A stretch of 64,000 nucleotides of DNA from Candidatus Bipolaricaulota bacterium (lineage in GTDB: Bacteria > Patescibacteriota > Patescibacteriia > UBA11705 > DATKZF01), in assembly GCA_035528115.1 (NCBI GenBank), contig DATKZF010000002.1:69751-133750 (forward strand). Direction: 5' to 3'. The notes below the pieces were generated by a model. It did not search any database and was not told the origin of the DNA. It was given only the letters and a program-made list of their open reading frames with translations. Every line of letters starts with the position of its first letter. The stretch's first letter is position 1. The position numbers and the translations under genes were made by a program. Shown here piece after piece: positions 55,563-62,344 of this stretch.

Positions 55563-55988
55563 ATGCCACTAAAATCTTTCATTTTCTACGGTTCACTCAA
55601 GGACCCAAGACGACAAATTGATATTTTGGGAAGTGCTCCGGTCGAAGTGATGGAAGGCTTTATTCACGGAGATATATATGTCGTCACGGATACAACAGAT
55701 CCGTTTGAGGTATTCGTATACCCCATTGTGATTCTCGGAGAGGAAAAACCATCTGTCCCAGCAATACTCGCCATGGTCGAGGTCTCCAACGACGGAGAAT
55801 ATAAAAAAATCATCGACAGTTTACTTAGGTTTGAAGGCGATCTCTTCCGAGTGTCAGAAGCTCCGTTCCACCGAATGGACGGATCTATTAGTTGCGGCAT
55901 CGTTTTTGTTGCTATAGAAAACGCAATTATGGATCATAGGGTACACAAACCAGATCCTCAATACATCTATAAGTTAGGGACTGGATAA
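55563..55988 (+). CDS. Gamma-glutamyl cyclotransferase-like (AIG2/GGCT-fold) protein
   Basis: 141 aa. The N-terminal FIFYGSLKD matches the (V/I)F(V)YG(S/T)L signature of the GGCT/AIG2 family, and the size fits the family. Confidence 0.45.
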   Translation: MPLKSFIFYGSLKDPRRQIDILGSAPVEVMEGFIHGDIYVVTDTTDPFEVFVYPIVILGEEKPSVPAILAMVEVSNDGEYKKIIDSLLRFEGDLFRVSEAPFHRMDGSISCGIVFVAIENAIMDHRVHKPDPQYIYKLGTG

Positions 55989-56012
55989 AGTGCGCCAAAC
56001 AAAGACGCACTT

Positions 56013-57032
56013 TTATAATTGAAAAAAATCTTTAAGTATTGGGACAAATGAGTATTTTTTTACTCTATCAACTAATTCATGTTCTATATTTTTATTGTTA
56101 CAATCTTTTATATAATGACTAATAAGATAAATAGCTTCTTTACTAGTTGTGTAAAGAAATCTTTCTGGAAAAAAATCAGGGTAACACAAATTATTAGGTA
56201 ATACCGGGATACATCCGCATGCAACAGCCTTCATGACTGCATAACCAAAATTCTCTTGTTTTGAACAACTTAAAACAATACGTGATTGAGCAAGTGTTTG
56301 AATATGCTCAGTTGAAGATTGCTCCGCAATAAATATTATATTTTTATATCGTTGAAGCATTTTAAAATATTTATTTTTTCTCATAATATTCATGGGCTGC
56401 GGGAAAGTTACCACGAACCCAACAGCAGGCAACTTTGATACGATGCAACAAAATTGCTCAATACCTTTATCGTCATCGAGCCTATGTGGAAATATTACAT
56501 CATATTTTATTTTATGTGATAAAAGACATTTCCTAAAAGCATCCATTCCCCATGGTGAAACCTTTATCTTTTTGCAAAAATCCTGAGGACACTCTTCAGC
56601 AAGAAACCTTGATGGCACATAAATCCTATCATAAATACTAGCCCAAGCGAATTCTGTTTTTTTTAACCACGGCCAAGAATATAAATCATTCGGCAAAAAA
56701 GAACCTCCATGCAACAATGCGCCCAATCGACAAATAATTCCTTGCTGAGTATAATAATATTTCAATAGATCAATGCCGGGATTAAAAAAATCCAAAAATA
56801 AAATTCGGTCAACTTTCCCTAATGCAATAAGTTTTTCAATGAGTTTAAATTGTCCAGTAATATAATCTGAGTCATCCAATATTCCTCCTTTAATGCAATT
56901 ATCAAGTGGTTTAATATATCCAACCATCGTTGCCTTTATACCAATATGTTTAATGGATAATTTCAATCCACGCACAATATCTTCAAATGAAGTTCCTAAA
57001 TAGTAAGGTGGGATAGCGATAATATTCTTCAT
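56013..57032 (-). CDS. Glycosyltransferase, GT-B fold (GT4-like)
   Basis: The C-terminal ENFGYAVMKAVACGCIPV matches the E-x7-E / ExFG nucleotide-sugar binding motif of GT4 enzymes. 339 aa. Confidence 0.65.
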   Translation of the reverse strand: MKNIIAIPPYYLGTSFEDIVRGLKLSIKHIGIKATMVGYIKPLDNCIKGGILDDSDYITGQFKLIEKLIALGKVDRILFLDFFNPGIDLLKYYYTQQGIICRLGALLHGGSFLPNDLYSWPWLKKTEFAWASIYDRIYVPSRFLAEECPQDFCKKIKVSPWGMDAFRKCLLSHKIKYDVIFPHRLDDDKGIEQFCCIVSKLPAVGFVVTFPQPMNIMRKNKYFKMLQRYKNIIFIAEQSSTEHIQTLAQSRIVLSCSKQENFGYAVMKAVACGCIPVLPNNLCYPDFFPERFLYTTSKEAIYLISHYIKDCNNKNIEHELVDRVKKYSFVPILKDFFQL

Positions 57033-57040
57033 AATATATT

Positions 57041-58108
57041 CTAAGAATACCTAAGAATATCCGCGGTATTAGCTAACACGTCTTTCGTCAAAATAATATC
57101 ATGCTGTTGGACCTGCGACAATGGCACGTCCTCTCTATATTCTCCTTTTTCCTTTCTTAATTCATTCATTAATAATGTTGGAATAGTAGCCGCTGTCATC
57201 CTCACGTTGAGTTCTAAGACTGATATCTTCTGGGTCTCCGATTCAACCATGAAATCAACACCAAAAAAGCCTTCATATCCTTCAAGGAAAATATTTATTT
57301 TACTTAGCACATCACGTAACTGTCTTAAAATTATGTCATCTAAAAATTCCAATGGCAATATTTTAGATCCTACAAAATATTTATTTTCCGCGATAAGTTG
57401 TTCTGAAAATCCAAAAATAATGGTGTCTCCCGATTCTCTATATCGCACACATTGTATGCTATGAGGTATTCCTAACGCGAGAGCTTCCCAATACCATTCA
57501 TCAGAAGTCTTTGAAAAAAGATTTCTAAAATTTAAATCACATTTTATTTCCGAGCTCAAAAACACCGTATACCCCCCGGATCCAAATCTTCTTTTAAGAA
57601 AACCTGGCTTATGAATGCACTCAAAATCATCCAACTCTTTCACATTATTAATTTTCTTCCATTCCGGAGTATAACTCTTTAATACATCCTTTTGAGATAA
57701 TTTATCATTATATTTTTTAAATTCCGAATAATTGTAATTAATGGATAGTTTGTTTTCCTTAGCTAATGCATCTGCCTTAGGATGAGGTATTGATACCCAG
57801 AGAGAAGAAATTTCATTCTTAGTTATTATGTCATCTTTTACTCTCTCAAATACCGACACTCTTGGATCCATGGCTTTTCTTACCGGCAATATGTTATTAC
57901 CATGATTATATTCAATACCTCCAAAATCATCATTTACTATCACATATTGCCCATCCAATATCCATGGTAAAAGATTTTCATACTTCCACATGGCCGGGAT
58001 TTCGTATAACATAGATTCGCTGATAGCACGAAAATCTGACAGATAAAGCGTCCGTTTATTGCAAAGAAAAGGAATTTCTGATGGAATTAACTGTTTTGTT
58101 AGAATCAT
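57041..58108 (-). CDS. ATP-grasp domain ligase
   Basis: LKRRFGSGGYTVF (the Gly-rich ATP loop) and GVDFMV...ELNVRMT (C-terminal Mg/ATP site) are typical of ATP-grasp carboxylate-amine ligases. Confidence 0.55.
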   Translation of the reverse strand: MILTKQLIPSEIPFLCNKRTLYLSDFRAISESMLYEIPAMWKYENLLPWILDGQYVIVNDDFGGIEYNHGNNILPVRKAMDPRVSVFERVKDDIITKNEISSLWVSIPHPKADALAKENKLSINYNYSEFKKYNDKLSQKDVLKSYTPEWKKINNVKELDDFECIHKPGFLKRRFGSGGYTVFLSSEIKCDLNFRNLFSKTSDEWYWEALALGIPHSIQCVRYRESGDTIIFGFSEQLIAENKYFVGSKILPLEFLDDIILRQLRDVLSKINIFLEGYEGFFGVDFMVESETQKISVLELNVRMTAATIPTLLMNELRKEKGEYREDVPLSQVQQHDIILTKDVLANTADILRYS

Positions 58109-60063
58109 AAATAATGTATATAAAATTTTTTAAAGTTTATTTGTTTACCGAGCCAGTCTATATCAGGATCAATAGTCCTGAATATAAATAAATCAGAAGA
58201 TGAACTATACTCCGACGAAGACCTATCAATTGCAAGACTGTCGAGAAAACGATCAGCTCTTTTTCTCTCACTGAAATGCATTGGTAATTTATACTGACTG
58301 AAATTCCTTCTTATTTCAATCAAATACACCCCTGCGCGAGAAAGGATCTGTTGCAATTTCAACAAATTTTTCCCTATCATCGTTTGATTTAAAATAACAT
58401 AAAATTCTTTTACATTGTTATTCTTTACAAGCATCCTAAGGCCAGCAAAAATAAATGCCAAAGCACCATATATAGTATACGGCGGATCAGTAATAAATGT
58501 CTGAACTTCCGGGAAACCATCCGCCTTAATTATCTTCCTAATGTCAAATTTTATAACTTTAAATCGTGGAGAGGCCTTTTTAATAATTTTTGTTATATTA
58601 TCGTCTTTTTCTATAATAACAGGGTAAGCCCAAAATTCATTAATAAATTCTAAACTTACCAAGTCATCATCTCCTATTATGCCAAACTTTAAATATTCAG
58701 TAAAAGGGTAGCGTTCTTTAAATAAATCAAAACGTCGTTTACGTGACGCAAAATCACAAGGGAATTGATTTAAATCACAATTTGGAACAAAAGATGGATT
58801 CTCTATTAATTCAAAAAAATCTTTTTTTGTAAAATGAAAATTGAATATTTTTTTCACCTTACCGTTCTTTTCAACCTTGACTATTTCATTCTTTATTCCC
58901 ACATCAATAAGAACGCCTATATTGTCAAAATCCGCTGAACTATTCTTAATAAACTCATCAACATTATTACTGTTTTGTAAATTCCTCATTAAACAAGCAA
59001 AATCCATCTTTTCAATCATGTTATTTTTTCGCCAAGATGAAACTGTTTTCCTATCAGACAATTGTATATCTAAGGGTATCAGCCTGATATAATCCTCATA
59101 TGCTTCTTCTATTCTAAAATCATAATGAATAGGCTTTAATTTTTCTAAAACCGTCCTCCTCTGCATTGGTTTTCCAGAAAATGTGTTTATCACGTGGAAC
59201 GAAAAATATCCTCTTTCAATTAATGCTAAAAAGTATTCAACAAGATTGCTCTGTTGATTTATTCCTGCACGGTGAGACACATGAATCACTAAAAAATCAT
59301 TCATAAGCATAAAACGATATCCTAATTCATATAATCTGAACATCAAAAAATCATCTTCAAATCCATAACCCGAATAATTCGGAAATCCTCCCAGTTTTTT
59401 AAAAATATCCTTTTTGCAGAATCCGAAATTAGCGATAAATGTTGACTGCTTAATATTTTGAAAAAATGGATCACGAAACAAAGCAGGAGGAAGTCCGGCA
59501 TTATGTTTTAAAAACCCAATTTCTCCGTTCTCCATTTTATTAAGTATCTTTTTTGTATTTTTGGGAAACCATCCCTGCCTTGTCCACAATCGTTTTGCGC
59601 CGTATCCATAATCGAAATTCCTCGAAAGACAAAAAATTTTCTGAAAAGCGCTATTATCTAAAATTATTGTATCATCATCAACAAAAACAAGCAGATTGCT
59701 ACTTGCCCTCTCAGCGCCGATATTCCTTGCTTTACCATAACCATATGATTGCTTGTTATTTATAAGCGAAAAGGCTATGGGCGTTGGCCTTCTTTTGTTC
59801 AATTCACGAACCGTGTCTCGTATTAATGGGATGTTATTTTTTTTATGGTGACTATTTTCAATTAAAATTACCTCAAAATATTTAAATTTTTGTGCAAAAA
59901 TTGCAGTCAAACAATGAAGGATACAATTTCCTTTCGCTTTCCCTGGGTCACAGGAAAGGATAATACAAGAAAGTTTAATTATTTTTTTTCCCATACAGAT
60001 CATAACAAGCACTTTCAATACAATCCACGTAAACTCATATAATAAAGAATAGCGAACTTTCAT
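58105..60063 (-). CDS. Fusion protein: N-terminal GT2 glycosyltransferase plus C-terminal GDDD/DPPY-motif domain (DUF43/BpsA-like aminopropyltransferase- or amino-methyltransferase-like)
   Basis: GT2 motifs: CIILSCDPG, GYGKARNIG, VFVDDDT (DxD) and GFEDDF. The C-terminal roughly 250 aa carry KFGIIGDDDLVSLEF and FITDPPYTIYG. The ATGA start overlaps the stop of the ATP-grasp gene. Confidence 0.6.
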   Translation of the reverse strand: MKVRYSLLYEFTWIVLKVLVMICMGKKIIKLSCIILSCDPGKAKGNCILHCLTAIFAQKFKYFEVILIENSHHKKNNIPLIRDTVRELNKRRPTPIAFSLINNKQSYGYGKARNIGAERASSNLLVFVDDDTIILDNSAFQKIFCLSRNFDYGYGAKRLWTRQGWFPKNTKKILNKMENGEIGFLKHNAGLPPALFRDPFFQNIKQSTFIANFGFCKKDIFKKLGGFPNYSGYGFEDDFLMFRLYELGYRFMLMNDFLVIHVSHRAGINQQSNLVEYFLALIERGYFSFHVINTFSGKPMQRRTVLEKLKPIHYDFRIEEAYEDYIRLIPLDIQLSDRKTVSSWRKNNMIEKMDFACLMRNLQNSNNVDEFIKNSSADFDNIGVLIDVGIKNEIVKVEKNGKVKKIFNFHFTKKDFFELIENPSFVPNCDLNQFPCDFASRKRRFDLFKERYPFTEYLKFGIIGDDDLVSLEFINEFWAYPVIIEKDDNITKIIKKASPRFKVIKFDIRKIIKADGFPEVQTFITDPPYTIYGALAFIFAGLRMLVKNNNVKEFYVILNQTMIGKNLLKLQQILSRAGVYLIEIRRNFSQYKLPMHFSERKRADRFLDSLAIDRSSSEYSSSSDLFIFRTIDPDIDWLGKQINFKKFYIHYL

Positions 60064-60066
60064 GAA

Positions 60067-60384
60067 CTAATAGTGAAACTTTAGCACTCTCCCTTTTCTC
60101 AGCAAAAAGCATAGCTTAAATAGATTCGCTACTTTTAACTGACGAATTGTTTTTTTAGAACAAGTAACTAAGTCGATGTGTATGTAAGAATTTTCGGGCC
60201 AGACATGTACAGCAATATGGCTTTCCTCTAATATAAAAACGATTGAACTGCCTTGAGGATGAAATCCATGAACTGTTTTTTTTACAATATGCAAACCTAA
60301 TAGAGAAACAAACATCTCTATTCTGGACATAAGTTCTCTTTTTTTAAAAATATTGGGATCATCGCCAAAACCTTCTAGCACCAT
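60067..60384 (-). CDS. speH: S-adenosylmethionine decarboxylase proenzyme (pyruvoyl-dependent, small bacterial/archaeal SpeH/SpeD type)
   Basis: 105 aa. FILEESHIAVHVWPE matches the self-processing E|S site and HTWPE signature of class-1 AdoMetDC. Confidence 0.78.
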   Translation of the reverse strand: MVLEGFGDDPNIFKKRELMSRIEMFVSLLGLHIVKKTVHGFHPQGSSIVFILEESHIAVHVWPENSYIHIDLVTCSKKTIRQLKVANLFKLCFLLRKGRVLKFHY

Positions 60385-60483
60385 ATGACAAGTAATGTGT
60401 GTATGCTCGCCCCATTGTTTTTCCCAATTATCTACTGGACTAAAATTATATATTTGGATTGTCTTATTTGGACATGATATAGA

Positions 60484-60852
60484 TTAAACAATTATCCATG
60501 ATGATAACACTTCTCCCATATATCCCTCACACACTGAAACTGAAACAGTTTTAAAATTAAAATCAGCAGCGATCTTTTTCTTTATAAATATTGCTATATT
60601 CTCCGCCGTTGTAGGCTCGTTCCAGCCATGCTCGTTAAAAACATCATTAACGTGTCTGTGATCAAAAATTCCTATAATGTCTTTGATTTTTTTAAAATCT
60701 GCAATCATGCCATTCTTTAATTCGCCCGATTCAATTTCTACTTTCACAAGATAAGTATGCCCATGCAGTCGCGCACAATCCTTTGAAATCAAATTACTGC
60801 TGTCGGGCAGTGTGTGAGAAGCATGGAAAAAATCTGATACTACAAGCTTCAT
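60484..60852 (-). CDS. 6-pyruvoyl-tetrahydropterin synthase family protein (QueD/PTPS-like)
   Basis: 122 aa. The Zn-binding CARLHGHTY (CxxxHGH) and second motif D..H.HV (FDHRHVNDV) are present. Confidence 0.75.
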   Translation of the reverse strand: MKLVVSDFFHASHTLPDSSNLISKDCARLHGHTYLVKVEIESGELKNGMIADFKKIKDIIGIFDHRHVNDVFNEHGWNEPTTAENIAIFIKKKIAADFNFKTVSVSVCEGYMGEVLSSWIIV

Positions 60853-60895
60853 AAAAAATATAACTAATTTAAAAAAATTATTTTCTAAATTTTAC

Positions 60896-61705
60896 TTATA
60901 AACCCTTTACAATCATCATTTTCCGATCGCCCAGCCTCATTTTTCTTGACTTTTCCGCGTCAGGCGTTTCCGTCTCTTCATAAGGCCGGAAAACAATGCC
61001 GTTTTCCGAATACAAATCATGAACGGCCGAGAGCAAATTATCGTATTTATATTTGAATTTCAATCCTTTTCTGGTGCCCGGATCATTGGTGATAAATTCG
61101 TTTCTGTCATATCCGCGAACGACCAACATGTGAAACAGCGGGCCCGGAGCGGTAAAATTGGGATTATCCAAGTCGCGGCCCGAAGCCGGCAAAATGATCA
61201 AATGTCCCTTGACCAATTCTTCCTTTATTCTTTGTTCCGAAACATCGCTTGATATTTCAACATCCAATTTAAAATATTCCTTGGCCATTCGAGCCACCTC
61301 AGCCACGTTGGTGTCGGTGTACAAGCCGAGATTGGTCGTTTCCCAAGCCACCAATTTTTTCAATTCCTCATCCATAATGGCGGCGTCCAGCGGCTGTTTG
61401 GCGAAATATTTGTATGCCGTGATCAAGCTGGCTTCTTCGCACGCTTCCTGATACGGCAATTCCCAATTGCCAAAAGGCGCTTGCGACGCGAACGCCACGT
61501 CCAAATCAAAAGTGGCGGGCAATGAAACCTCTTGCTCAGCCGGGGCATGCTCAAGCGTCGCGGGAGATTCTACCGTTGTTTCTGGCGTCGCTTCGGTTGT
61601 TAATGCCTCGTTTTCAAGATTGTTCGCAAGCAATGAAATTCGGCCGCAACCGGACAAAATTATCAATAAAAACGGAAAAAACGCGATTTTTGTTAATTTA
61701 TTCAT
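60896..61705 (-). CDS. Lipoprotein (lipobox LSGC) with possible papain-like/C39-like peptidase domain
   Basis: MNKLTKIAFFPFLLIILSGCG is a signal peptide plus lipobox. QAPFGNWELPYQEACEEASL with a downstream His (VKGHLIIL) is weakly reminiscent of C39-like peptidases. This is low confidence. Confidence 0.4.
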   Translation of the reverse strand: MNKLTKIAFFPFLLIILSGCGRISLLANNLENEALTTEATPETTVESPATLEHAPAEQEVSLPATFDLDVAFASQAPFGNWELPYQEACEEASLITAYKYFAKQPLDAAIMDEELKKLVAWETTNLGLYTDTNVAEVARMAKEYFKLDVEISSDVSEQRIKEELVKGHLIILPASGRDLDNPNFTAPGPLFHMLVVRGYDRNEFITNDPGTRKGLKFKYKYDNLLSAVHDLYSENGIVFRPYEETETPDAEKSRKMRLGDRKMMIVKGL

Positions 61706-61830
61706 ATATTAATATCGTATTTTAATAGAGCTGAATTGTCAATTTGTGAAACTTGACGAATTCTTTGAAATAAGTTAATATTATCAATATCTTAAACAAT
61801 TAATCGCAAAATTTTAATTTTTAACTTAAT

Positions 61831-62121
61831 ATGGCACATAAAAAAGCGGCCGGCAGTACTCGGCTGGGACGAGATTCCGTCTCGAAAAGACTGGGCGTTA
61901 AATTATATGCCGGCGAATACGCCAAGGCCGGCAACATCCTGATTCGTCAAAGAGGTTCGAAATTTCGACCCGGCGAAAACGTGGACTCGGGCAAAGACGA
62001 CACTTTGTTCGCCACAGCCAACGGGATTGTGAAGTTCACGGAGAAGAAACAAAGAAGATTCACGGGCGCGTTGAAGAAAACCAGATACGTGCATGTCGTG
62101 TCTGAAAAAGGCAAAAAATAA
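61831..62121 (+). CDS. rpmA: 50S ribosomal protein L27 (with about 10-aa C-terminal extension)
   Basis: [61 protein letters not shown] is the canonical L27 sequence. Confidence 0.9.
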   Translation: MAHKKAAGSTRLGRDSVSKRLGVKLYAGEYAKAGNILIRQRGSKFRPGENVDSGKDDTLFATANGIVKFTEKKQRRFTGALKKTRYVHVVSEKGKK

Positions 62122-62174
62122 CAAATTGAAAAAAATTCCGAAATCAAATCGGGATTTTTTTATTTGATAAAAAA

Positions 62175-62297
62175 AAACGGAGAAAGCGGAGAGGCGAGCT
62201 CTCCGCTGGTATTGGATTGTTGATGGATTTGCCTTTGGGCAATTTGTTGGGTTGATGGCGTTTTTTCCTCACCAACGGAAAGCTTGCCTTTCCGCTC
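62175..62297. repeat. GC-rich palindromic intergenic element (copy 2 of 2): CGGAGAGGCGAGCTCTCCG hairpin plus GGAAAGCTTGCCTTTCC hairpin
   Basis: It is directly 3' of rpmA. It matches 17151-17280 after rpmE in sequence, order of sub-elements and spacing (AAACGGAGA(A)AGCGGAGAG(G/A)CGAGCTCTCCGCTGG(T/A)ATTGGA...). Confidence 0.65.
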
Positions 62298-62344
62298 TAT
62301 GTATTTTAAAAGAGCATTTATAAGAAAATGCCCTTTTGCTGTTT

